A stretch of DNA of 64,000 nucleotides. Source: Dudresnaya verticillata. Taxonomy: Eukaryota. Made by a program: the position numbers and the translations under genes. Below, in pieces: positions 36,056 to 46,879 of the stretch. Location of the stretch: positions 1,488,001 through 1,552,000 of the forward strand of contig OZ374563.1 of assembly GCA_977862235.1 (NCBI GenBank), in the 5' to 3' direction. Positions within the stretch are counted from its first letter, which is position 1, and the number at the start of each line of letters is the position of its first letter. The notes below the pieces were generated by a model. That model did no database searches and was not told where the DNA came from. It worked only from the letters and a program-made list of their open reading frames with translations.

Positions 36056-37153
36056 ATGAATCCCCCGATGAATCCTCCTATTCCCTCCCCTATTGCTGCG
36101 GACAGCCCAATGACGGATCACGATCCTACAGTGACCGTTGCGAAGAAGGACTGGGACCGCATGATGCACATGCTTGAGACTCTCAGTGCGAATCAAGCCG
36201 AGCTAAGCAAGACGCAAGCAGTTCTGGTTGGTCAGTTAACTCGAGCCAATGACCGCATCCAGGAGCTCGAGGCCGCGAAAGTCCCCCACTCGGATGACGC
36301 ACCCGCTGCAGCGCCAATTCGACCTGAGCCCGTTGCTTCTGAGGCCCCACCAGCGGTACGCAAAACCGGCGCTTTTCAGTACAAGATCAAAGCTCCGAAG
36401 CCAGCGGCCGCCGCACCTGTGCCGCCTCGTCCTCAGTCCAACAAGGCTGCCTCCCCGAAAAAGAGTTGGGCACAAATCGCTGCCGCGCCCCGCCCTCGTC
36501 TCTCTGACGTCTCCGAGAACTCGCAGGAGGGTGTCCGCAAGTGCTTAGAGTTGCTCGAAATATCGACTCCGCAGCCGAAGCCGACGGCCGTTTACTTCCG
36601 AAATATCAAGCGGGCCCGCCTTGGCAAAGTCCGCACAGCCTTGAGGTACATGCTTCCTCACCCATGGTCCATCCTCGGTCTTTCCTTCATCGGACAGTCT
36701 GTCATTGAAATCGTTTGCCATGAAGGTTTGGTGGACCAAATTGTCGCCAAGCTGCGCATCATAGGCACAATTCACATCAAGAATTTCGACCTTTTCGGCG
36801 ACAACCTGAAGAAGTCGAACGATCGCACCAAGCAGGATCGTGCAGTTTCCAATCTGGAGAAAGCGCAATCCCGCCTCCAACGGCTGGTGGACACGTGTGT
36901 CAACCCAGCTGCCAAGGCTTGGTACACTCAAAATCTTCAGAAAGCTGAGCAACGCATTGCCGAAGTGTACAACGTTGCCCATGATGTGGAGTCCTCGGAC
37001 TCCGAGGACAGCGGATATGATTCTGCGGATCTTGTTGACGGCACTGCTGACTCGCCTGACTTGTCCGCCGACCCCATGGCCGTCGACACGACCACCCCTG
37101 ACACCCCCAAAACCGACCCGCACCCGGCGCACGAGGCGCCAAGTTCGAATTGA
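36056..37153 (+). CDS. LINE ORF1-like protein (~365 aa; coiled coil, KSWAQIAA motif)
   Basis: First ATG after an A-rich tract within ORF 35558..37153, directly upstream of the endonuclease motifs. Confidence 0.7.
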   Translation: MNPPMNPPIPSPIAADSPMTDHDPTVTVAKKDWDRMMHMLETLSANQAELSKTQAVLVGQLTRANDRIQELEAAKVPHSDDAPAAAPIRPEPVASEAPPAVRKTGAFQYKIKAPKPAAAAPVPPRPQSNKAASPKKSWAQIAAAPRPRLSDVSENSQEGVRKCLELLEISTPQPKPTAVYFRNIKRARLGKVRTALRYMLPHPWSILGLSFIGQSVIEIVCHEGLVDQIVAKLRIIGTIHIKNFDLFGDNLKKSNDRTKQDRAVSNLEKAQSRLQRLVDTCVNPAAKAWYTQNLQKAEQRIAEVYNVAHDVESSDSEDSGYDSADLVDGTADSPDLSADPMAVDTTTPDTPKTDPHPAHEAPSSN

Positions 37154-38387
37154 GTTGCCGATCTGCACCCTTAGAATCTGAAAAGTTGTCTCTGGCAACG
37201 TTTAACGTCCATGGCGTTCAAGGGAAAGAAGCCGAAGTCGAGGCCTTGGCATCCACCGTCCACATCCTTGGTCTCTGTGAAACCTGGATTCGTCCTCAGG
37301 ATCTCCGAGCTTCACGGCAATTCGACGAGTCCGTCTCCGTCGTTCAAGATCATGGTGGGTGGTGCGGACAAGGTGGGGTGGCTCTGAAGGTTGCCCCGTT
37401 GTGAACTACTCTGTGATTCTCCGCCATTCTCAAATCGACTATCAAGTTTTAGCAATCCGGGTTGGGGGTACCAGTTTCATCCGACTCAGTTGGGGTTCCG
37501 TGAGAAAACTGGTACCGAAACCGCCATCTTAAGGCATGCAGCCAGCACAAAAGCTGGATTCCGGTACACGGCCGTGCTCGACTTGAAGTCGGCATACGAT
37601 ACAGTACCCCGCGAGCGGTTGATGTCGAAAGTGAATCAGAAGATGTCACCTACCACGGCGGCAATGGTCGCTCTGGAGTTACAACCAGCAACAGTAGTTA
37701 CCAAGGGCGATATCACCGGCACCACTGCAATTGTGTCGCGGGGTGTGCCTCAAGGCGTGTCTTCGAGTCCGACTTTGTACAATGTCAACATGGACTCATA
37801 TCCTGAGTTCATGGATTTGTCAATGTCGGCCTCCGAAAGTGCTGAAGAAATCGACATTACGATCTTTGCTGACGACGTCAAGCTCCGATCCAAGACTAGT
37901 ACCGGCCTCCAAACGGCCTTAGATGCGTCCACGAAATGGGCTGATCTTGAAGGTATGCAGTGGGGAACTTCAAAATGCCATGTTTTGGAGCCCGAAAACT
38001 GCACCAAACGAGCAATGTACTACCTGAATGGTCAGAAAATTGACGTGGTAGACACTGCAAAGTACCTGGGAGTGACTCTGAAAGGTACCAAACTGGCACC
38101 TGACAAGAATTTGGAACGAGTTAAGGCGGCTCATCAACGCCTAAACTTACTCAAGGCGGTCGGCGTACACCGCAAATATGTGCCTAGCGCACGACTTGTG
38201 GACATCTGCCGCACGTATATCTACCCAGTTGCGGACTTTAGCACCCATTTGATGCCGATCGACACGGCCGGCAAGTGCGATTTGAGTCATCAACTCGAGT
38301 TGCTGGACTACAAAGTGGCAGAATTTGCACTTGGGTGCATTGCCAAAGAGCCTATGTGGCCTCGCAGTGGCCGCATCCGCGGGCGCC
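37154..38387 (+). pseudogene. LINE ORF2 remnant (APE N-terminus fused to RT)
   Basis: LATFNVHG..LGLCETW, then QLGFR, LDLKSAYDTV, GVPQG, FADD, KYLGV; most of the endonuclease and linker is missing. Confidence 0.9.
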
Positions 38388-39465
38388 TACCACCTTGACG
38401 CAACATGCGATCGACCTCCGCTTGAGCGAGTTGTCGTTGTTTCGGACCAGCGCGATACGGCGGTGAAGAGATCGGGCGGGAGCCGGGGAGTAAGTCGATG
38501 TAATGCTCCGTGGTCGCTATCTCTCCTAGTGAGCCGTCCCACATTGACGAATAGCGGCGCAGCATCTCCTTCAACCGGCCCTGATGCTCAGCGGACAGGT
38601 GACTCAAGTCCAAATCGTCAACTGACGGAGGCTTGGCGAGCGTCGCTTCGATAGATTTAGCGAAAGTGTCCGACTTTGCCGCGACGCCATCATTCGTTTT
38701 AAAACGAAAGTCTTGCTTGGCTTCCTCGTCCTGTGCTTGGTCTTCGGCGATACCCAATACATTGGCCAGACTTATGTGAGTGGGGAACACTGCTGTTGGA
38801 TGTGGTAACGCCATGGCAACGACTTGCCCTTTTGCGAGCGACTGCGCCCGAGGCGAGAAGTTGGCCACCAGGATGCGGAACGCTTTGAGCGGCTCCACTT
38901 GGGAAATCCCGTTCGTAACGAGCATGCCTTGCCGATCATTCATCGTTCCGAACGGCTGGATCGTAATCCCTCCGGAACGCTCCGTGGTAACAGAGACCCA
39001 TTTCTGCGCCTGAGGCGGGATGATGGTACGTTCGGTTGAACGAATCTTGGGCGAAGTCCTCCCTCCGGCTTGGCCGTACTCTTGCTCCGGTGGTAACGGC
39101 GGGTACGACGGTGGTCGGCGAAGCGGACGGCGCGTGATCGGGACTCGGGTCCCGTCGTCCAATTCCACCTCGCGACTTCGCGGATATATCGCTTCGACAA
39201 AGCGGTCGCAAAAGTCGCAACCGAGTATGACCGGCGCAGCGAGCCGTTCACATACGATTAATTCCAATTTAACGACCCGTCGTCCGAGACGTACGACCAA
39301 ATCGATGGTCCCGCGCGCCTGTATTGCCTTATTGTTGGCGTCGGAAATAACGGGCAGGCTCTTGGCGACGATATGCGAGTGCGCTTCTAGCGGGATCTCG
39401 TTAATACGCATGAAGTTAGGACCAGCCCCAGTGTCGAGAAACCCCTAAGACGTTGACGAACCGGC
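38388..39465 (-). pseudogene. G3 protease and pre-RT linker
   Basis: LDTGAGPNF, ILGCDF, MWDGSLG, PYRAGPK; homologous to G2 21005-22330. Confidence 0.92.
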
Positions 39466-39919
39466 TTTTTAACAGCTATGTGCTGAAGGCTCCGCAATGA
39501 AACAGCCAATTAGAAATCCGGTTCATAACGAAGTCTGGTTATGAACAGCGTTTTTAATTGGTGCTACGTAATCGATCTGTAAGCCAATCACGTCTCATGG
39601 GAACAGCGAAATAGATCTTCCTCCCCTCGCTACCCGTTGACACACAACGAGGCTGCAGACTCACCCGCGACTGCTCGGTTTCGGCGGCCTGCAAAACTTT
39701 CAGGTTGCCCGCCTCGTGAATCTCTCCGCAGGTAGATGCCCCCTAATATTTCGGTATATAATCCCCACCTGTTCATGTCGTACGGAATTGCGCAGCCTTC
39801 CGCAACTACGTAACAGAATACTGCCAATCCCGCTTAAGCCCTCACCCATCACTCTCAATGCCGCCTACAAAGCAATCCTCCGGCCATCAACTGGCCTCGA
39901 ATTCAGATGCTCATAATCG

Positions 39920-40406
39920 CATGGCACCAGAATCCGAAAAGGATTCTATCAGCCCTCCCCCTCATCCATGGTCCTTGTACAGCCTGTGTCGCGGAAGAGA
40001 AATGCTATCGGACATGGTATACAGACTGGGTTCGACAGAGCTGCTCATTCTCATGAAAGACGCTCAAAAGGCAGGAAGGTTTATCGTTGGCATCAGAAAC
40101 CTGGTTACTCAGATCAGCGACCCCGCCCTTCTCGCAGCAGTTAAGAGGGACTTTCTCAAGGACGAAGACGACCGAGATGCCACCGCTTACGATTTATCCC
40201 TGAGTAGGGAAAGCATCAAGATCCGACGAGCAATTCTTGCTCGTCGGCGTCGCACGCGCTTTTCGGACATAACGCAGTTAGCGAAGGAAGAGAATTTGTC
40301 ATATCATCCAGACATGCGCATCTGTCTTGAATGTTTCTGGGACGGAGAAAGAGACTCTAACGCCGATTCTTGTCTGTGCACAAAGCATGACCCATACATA
40401 CTATAA
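39920..40406 (+). CDS. Hypothetical protein (161-182 aa) with a C-terminal CxxC..CxCxxH cluster
   Basis: ORF 39858..40406, with a second ATG at MAPESEK; globular-looking composition; family not recognised. Confidence 0.45.
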
Positions 40407-40946
40407 CCTCAAGCACATCGTCACGGGTACGCCGAACCACGAAGGCATGTATTGTCAAACGCTTCCGGAAATTTACATTGGCGCAAGTTTCGCGACGAGG
40501 AACGATTTAGCGGCCGTTACTGCTAATGCTACTATTGCTAGTATCGCTCGTCTCCATGGCCGGTTTCGATGGCGATGAAGTTGGTATCTGCGACTCCCAC
40601 CCAGTTTAGACGTACAAGGAAATGCTATCGGGCAAAATGCGGCCGACGGGGAAGACGTTCTCAGGTACACTTCAAAAAAATATAGCAAAATAAAATAAAT
40701 AAATAAATTTGAATCCAATCCAAATACACAGTTTGGAAACTTCGTCGGCGACCGTCTGCGCCGACGCTGGATATATGAAAACCACAATGCATAAAACCCC
40801 ATATCTTCGTTCCCGCCCTCTCCGCTACAGCCCACTTCCGCATAAAACCTTCTATCACCACGCAACTGCTTTGTAATCCGTACCCACACCTCTTCCCCCC
40901 AAACCACCCCCAAACCACCCCTTCCCACCCCCCACCGAGCCCTGCC

Positions 40947-42293
40947 ATGATTGTCACCCTCCAAATTCAAGATCGCGATGTGGATGGCTTCCTCATCTAC
41001 TACTCTGATCCGAGTCCGATTAATCGCCGGATAGAGGGATTGCCACCAAGCGCCCAGATATACCGCGACATTCGTGCCTGGGCTGGTGGCGGCCAACTCC
41101 CGAAGTTCATCTTCATCTCGGCGTTCCAACCTTCCGGTACCGACGAGGAACTGCCCGAACACTTCTCCGAGGCAGAACTCTTCGATGCCAACAAGATCCA
41201 GAACCCACCGGTGATATACGAGGGGTATTTGACCTACTCTTCCTCTGAACCGAAAGAGGAGGAATCTGATGAGGAGGAGGAGGAGAACGCCTCCAACAGT
41301 GAGGAGGGATCTGACAAGAATGAGGAGGGGTACTTCTTTTTGACGGAGGACGGCGACAAATGGCCGCTGGACATCGCTTCTTGGGAAAGCGAGAATAAGC
41401 GTCTTCTCCAAAACTCAGGGAAGGCATTGTCTGTCCCATGCCTCATCGAGACGAAGAACGGAACCTGTTGCATGCAAGTCCTACTTGTCATGTTCAGGAG
41501 GAGCTCCCGAGGTTCGGTGCTTGCCATGTCTTGGATCGGCGCCCTCGCTAGCTCACTCAGCGCAGCTTCAATGGAATGGTTGGAGATACTGGCTACAGAA
41601 GACAAGAGCGATATTCGCTCTAAGCTCAACTCCGCGTCTCCCAGTACCAACGCCAATTCCACTATAAGCGACGAGCTGTGGATGTACTGGGCCGTCTCCA
41701 AACCGGTTTGCTTCAGGCGCTGGCTCCAAGTCCTCTTCAAGTCTTCATTCTCGTTTGAGAAACTGAAAACCATCCATGAAGAACTTCACCCCAGCTTGTC
41801 TGGCTTCCACAAGGTGAGCCTCAGCGACTGTGACAAGAACGAAGAGGGACGTGATGTGGTCTCCATGCTCTGGTTCACACAGGAAAAGCCTCTGGCGCAG
41901 TACCAAATCGAGATCATCAAGGGAGTTAATGCCACAGAGGCGTTCGGCCCAGACATGAGCCACCGCATCATGTTTGCTTCTCAAAATTTGCCGAACGTGG
42001 CACCACTTGGTGGGCAACCCTCTTCTGACAGAGATGCAATATGGAGTCATATGGACCAGACCTCTGAGACGAGGTCGTTCTTCGTGCCAGTGTTGGTGAA
42101 GAAGGGTAAGAAGGTCAAACCGTGTGACTTTACTCGTGTTTACGCTCTGAACAATCCCAACAACTTCGAAGACCTTCTTAAGGAACTCCGGTTCGGTGCT
42201 GGAAGGGCTTTGCCTGAGAAATTTTGGGGTGGCATAGAAGCAGAAGCTACGATACGACAAGAGTCGATCGAACAGGGGGTTGGAGGGACGTAG
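40947..42293 (+). CDS. Hypothetical 448-aa protein with an acidic tract; last ~15 aa come from the G3 gag antisense strand (probably 3'-truncated)
   Basis: Long ATG-initiated ORF; family not recognised. Confidence 0.65.
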   Translation: MIVTLQIQDRDVDGFLIYYSDPSPINRRIEGLPPSAQIYRDIRAWAGGGQLPKFIFISAFQPSGTDEELPEHFSEAELFDANKIQNPPVIYEGYLTYSSSEPKEEESDEEEEENASNSEEGSDKNEEGYFFLTEDGDKWPLDIASWESENKRLLQNSGKALSVPCLIETKNGTCCMQVLLVMFRRSSRGSVLAMSWIGALASSLSAASMEWLEILATEDKSDIRSKLNSASPSTNANSTISDELWMYWAVSKPVCFRRWLQVLFKSSFSFEKLKTIHEELHPSLSGFHKVSLSDCDKNEEGRDVVSMLWFTQEKPLAQYQIEIIKGVNATEAFGPDMSHRIMFASQNLPNVAPLGGQPSSDRDAIWSHMDQTSETRSFFVPVLVKKGKKVKPCDFTRVYALNNPNNFEDLLKELRFGAGRALPEKFWGGIEAEATIRQESIEQGVGGT

Positions 42294-43487
42294 CTCCTTC
42301 AATCCCTTGAACCGTTTGCCGCGTGGCCTTACGGCCCCGCCGTGGGTTGGATATTCTTCGTCATCCGTTTAAGTACCTGACGATTCTCCGTCACTCGACG
42401 AGTCGGAGGAAGATGAGGAACCCCTTTGACGTCGTCGACGGTTCTTCTTTCGCTCACGGCGTTTCTTTCGCTGGTCGCGATGCTTGCGGCCTTTTCGGCG
42501 GCGACGGTCTTCGTCGTCGCTTTCGTCTTCAGACGATGGTGGTTGTCCTTGACGCAACTTAGCGAATTCCAATCGTTCCAAACGAGTCACCAGGCGATTG
42601 AAACGCTCGCGCGAACTCAGTTCGGACTGCGAGTTGATCGTTACTGTAGCGGGTTGCTTGGCGTTTGTACCCGGGTTCGTCATCAGACGGTCAAGGTCAT
42701 TTCGTAAGCCCTGTAGGGCTCCGTCTCGGCCCTCCTCTAGCGTCTGTAGACGGCTGCAGATTCCCCCGACACTGTTGTCGAGTTTTTCCGCGAACCGCGC
42801 TAACAGCGCATCGTCCTCAATGACGCAAACTTCTCGGATGCGGTCGCGGGGAATCGTCAGATTACCCACGCGAGCGGACGCAGGAGACGCCGCGGGCGGA
42901 GGTCGTGTTGGGCTTTGTCCCACCGGGCTTTGCCGCACCGGTGACGACTCTGCGTTGCCACGTTGACCAGATGGCTCTGCCGGAGGACATTCGGCACTGC
43001 CGTGAGGCGTGGGACAACAGTCCCTCGCAGGTGGTGAATCGTCGACGACGTCCAAAGGCTCTAAACGGCTTCGATCGTCCTCGACGTTTCCGGTTGGTTG
43101 TTGTTGTTGTGGCTGTGAAGCCGGGGTTGGTTGTTGTTGTTCCTCGGCAAGGCCGGCTTGTGTTCCGTCTACGATGCGTTGCTGCTCCGCCTGGACGGTG
43201 TCGGCGGAGTCAACATACGTGTGGTAGGTACGGAGGGCGGAGCCTTCCGGGACTGAAGTACGAACGACGATCGGATTCGGCGGGGGAGCAGGTTCTCCCC
43301 TATTCAGCGAAGCGTGTGACACGTCATGGTCTGGCGGTTCCGTAAAGGCTGAGGCAAGCTCCGGGCTGACGTGACGACCAGATCGCGTCGTCATGGGTTG
43401 GGCCGGTCCCGACGGTGGCATTGTGCAGGGCGTCGAAGACGGGCGTCGGGAGGATCCACGCGATAACGGTGGTCGCGGTGGACCCAT
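42250..43487 (-). pseudogene. G3 gag N-terminal part
   Basis: ORF 42369..43487 continues past a stop as RFKGLKELRPSNPLFDRLLSYR; homologous to the G1 gag. Confidence 0.75.
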
Positions 43488-43592
43488 GATTGTTTCGAAG
43501 AGGTAGGCGAACGTCGTGAACGATGGGCAGCACGTCAGGGTGACGGTTAAGCGATCGTCTCACACACGTTAAAATTCGTAGATACGTAGCAG

Positions 43593-43611
43593 CTTCTAGG
43601 TCGGGAGACCA
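43593..43611 (-). promoter_or_regulatory. G3 PBS TGGTCTCCCGACCTAGAAG
   Basis: 2 nt from the LTR end; identical to the G1 PBS. Confidence 0.8.
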
Positions 43612-43613
43612 GT

Positions 43614-44443
43614 TGTCGTGCAAACGTCGTGCTGAAGACGGAGAACACCTCCGGGCCGTTCGGGAGCCCGGTGGGTAGCCGCTGATAGCGAACTTGGTAG
43701 AGCAGGTTGAACACGCCTAGGGCGGACTGTAAACACCCAGGGCGAGCGGACAAAGGGGCAAAGAAACCCAAAAGGAAACACGTTAGCAACGGTTAGGAAC
43801 GTGGAAACACGGATAGACGCTTATGCTTCCGGGCAGCGGTAGGGTACGCGCTGTCGCGGAAGGGAAGTTTAGACCCAAACAGGCTTACCGGGGCTTTACT
43901 GTTACGGCCTGGACGAGGTACCTAAGTAATACTATAGAGCCGCGGCGCAGCGGCTGCGTGACGTAGTGCGCGGGAACCCGGGACGCGTGTCGCGTAGAGG
44001 TGTGTCTGACACGTCCCGGGACAATGCAGCCGCTGTGCGCCGGCGCGTGCGTCTTACAGAGGCGCAGACGCACGGTGCTGTAGGCGATCCGGATTCGGAT
44101 CGCGATTGGCACCGTATTACAAGTGTATTTCCCTTACAGCGGATCCCGATGTCCGATCTGGATGTCGGATCCGGATTCGATCAGGATCCGGGCCAACCCG
44201 ACAGTCAACTCCCTTACACCTCGTTGATCCCGATGCATCATCCAGATCCGCTCTGCAGCGTCGCGCCGTACAGTGCGTCGGGCGTGCGCGGCGCTGCATT
44301 GTGGCACCCGCGCGTCTGTAACCAATCGTCGATGACGTGTTCGCGCCAACGGAGATTGAGCCGTTCCAGGCGACCGTCCGTCGGTCGACGAGGTTATCGG
44401 CGCCCATGGCGAGGAAATAAAAGCCCGGGCCCCGTGCGCCACA
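43614..44443 (-). repeat. G3 5' LTR (830 bp)
   Basis: TGTCGTGC...GCGCCACA; right part repeated at 27803-27969. Confidence 0.87.
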
Positions 44444-44899
44444 GGAAGCACTGGAAAAAAGGAAAACGCAGAGTGGAACACAGAATAGGCAGACCCGTCC
44501 GGCATCAACGGGTGGACGCCATCAAGTCCAACGCACCCTAGATTTCAGTTCGTTTGCTGCAACTCCTGCGAAAAAATAGAAGTAGTTTCGGAATAATAAG
44601 CTTGATGCTTGATGCGAATGGTTGCCGGCCAATTGTGCATTCTGGAGTAACCATCAACTCTGGATTTGGCACTAAGTGCCTACTGAAAGATGTCTACCAT
44701 CCCCCGGAAACGATCACAGCGAAGTGTACAACCTGCAAGGTTCGCATCCATGACCTATTTGCTGGAGGAGAATCAGGGACTCCCGTTTGTCCACTTTTTG
44801 CATCAAGCAGTTAGCAAAATTAGCACGCGATATGTTTGAAACAAATGATTAAGTTAGTTGTTGTGCCACAGTTATGAGAAATTGAATTGGTTTTGTTTT

Positions 44900-45932
44900 T
44901 GTTGAGGACAAGGTCGCTGGCGCCTCACGTCACGGGTCAGGTACCCCAGATGGTACCCTGGTACGCTCTCACCAAACCTTCCGGAGACGTCAGCCCTTTT
45001 TCCGGGCTTCCAAAATCACGGCGCATTTAGGCCTTTTGCAAAAGCAACGTGAAACGGGCTTCTGATTGGTTGTTACAAACCGCCTCCATGGTCTATATGG
45101 CTTACAAGTGTTGGGCTGGAATTGGCGGTTATAACAGGAACGGCCAAGTGGAACGATCTGATTGGACCACATGGATGCACGCGGTATGGCATGGAATGGT
45201 ACTGGTATGACGCGCACTGTACTGCACAAGTACATATGAACGTGCCATGCAATGTGCTGATGGCGTCTGAGTTGGTACTGCAGGGACTTGCGCTACGTGG
45301 AGCCTGGCTTTTGATATCAGCAGATGCAGTTGTCGTGCGGCCGACACGTTGGTTTACAGTTGCCACGTAGGTGTCGTGCGGCCGACACGTTGGTTTACAG
45401 TGGGCACGTAGCTGTCGTGCGGCCGACACGTTGGTTTAGAGCTGCCACGTAGGCAAATCTGGGTGATTACGTGGTCAATGATCCAAGTTGGATATTCATG
45501 GACTGACTTCAGCTCGTAAGTGCGGCCACGTGGTGTGCAGTGTTGTCCGACAGCAGCCATGCGGGGACACTCGATACTTTCGAGTTCCCGCCCAAAGTTG
45601 GAGTACATATGGATGGCAGGAAATGCGGTCGCAAGAGGGATTGCTGATGTCAGCAGTTAGCAACACTGGTGTGCAAGTTCCCGCCCATTTTGGTGGCGGA
45701 TGTGAGTGTGCTGAGAGTATGATTTGGTAGATTTAATTGCTTTACTTTTTCCCGCCCATTTGACGGTAGGGATTTTGGGCGTATCTTTAGTGATTTGTTT
45801 TGTTTGTGTTCACGCAGCAACTCATCCGAAAAGCTGAACTAAGCCTTGTCGGGTGGTCGACTGCAGTAAACGAAGTCAAGCGACTTCCATTTCTCATCTT
45901 GTTCAGCTCCAACCTCTCCATATTCCTTTTCA
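44900..45932 (+). repeat. copia 5' LTR
   Basis: TG...CA; about 9 substitutions versus the 3' LTR, counted by eye. Confidence 0.97.
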
Positions 45933-45946
45933 GGTTATGGGCCCAG
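45933..45946 (+). promoter_or_regulatory. PBS GGTTATGGGCCCAG
   Basis: Immediately follows the 5' LTR. Confidence 0.88.
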
Positions 45947-46879
45947 AAGGTCGACCCACGCAGACTTCATCGCTTCGCTGCAACCTTCTTCCTTTTTCTT
46001 TTCATTCTTGATACTGTCCGGTCCCGTCCTGGCCTGTCCTGTCTGCTTTTGTCCTGTCCTGTCGGCTTGTGTCCTGTCCTGTCTGCTTGTTGTCTGTTGA
46101 AAGTGGTCCCTATCCCACTGTGTCGGCTTGTGTCTCTGATTTTGTGAGAGAGTTCTCGAGGCTCTCGTCCGCTGTTGTCTTGGTCCGTGAGCTTGCTGAG
46201 AGGTTGAGTGTTGTGCGTGGTGACTCTCGTTAAGTCAGGACCTCGTTGGCCTAGGGGAGCAGCCTCCAGTAAGATCCAGAACCTTGACACGGTTGGGCCT
46301 AGTTCCATTCCTGCAAGAGACTAGACCTGTTCGTGTGGTGAACACTCGTTTTGAGTTAGTACCCATAAGGTGGACGTCTCGTAAGGATTGCATATGTTCA
46401 GCATACTTCGTGTCTGTGTGCGCACGACACGAAAGGGCTGCTGAAAGACGCATTTCACCCGGAGAATCATATCCGGGGGCCAGGAGTCCGACTCCTAGTG
46501 GTGACTAGGTAGAACCTGGTGCCAGAACATCCCGCGTCAAAAGGACGTTCAACTATCAAGAATCAACTTTTCAACTTCAAGTTTCAACTTTTCTTCTTCA
46601 GTCCAGGTGATCCCATCATCACCTGAGAGTTGGATTACTCCAAGCGTGGGAGCTACTTGGCAAAGTGTGCTCCGCTTGTGACTGTATTATATTACCGACG
46701 TGTTCGACACATTTCTCAGTTTCGTCGTCACGTCTTCGTTGTGTGAGCTGCACTGCTCTGCTTAGCACGACTATTACCCTCTGGGCATCGACACTGTTGC
46801 ACTAACAGCACTGCCCCAAGTTCACCAAGTTTTCTAAAACTATTCAAGTCATCTCTTCTCATCATCAGTCCCAACAGCG

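Larger units (their letters stand above)
35070..38387 (+). mobile_element. Non-LTR retrotransposon (LINE, APE type), internally deleted and 3'-truncated
   Basis: ~1-kb leader, ORF1, APE start and RT; splits G3 pol between DRMLRQG and EPAQSPW. Confidence 0.88.
27803..44443 (-). mobile_element. Ty3/gypsy chromovirus G3 with antisense accessory ORF and two internal inserts
   Basis: 5' LTR, PBS, gag, PR, RT, RNaseH, IN, chromodomain, PPT-like run and 3' LTR remnant are all colinear on the minus strand. Confidence 0.85.

Noticed and set aside
44085..44250. GATC/GGATCC-rich palindromic patch as a structured RNA gene
   Set aside because: It lies within the G3 LTR, and no second copy of this part is available to test covariation
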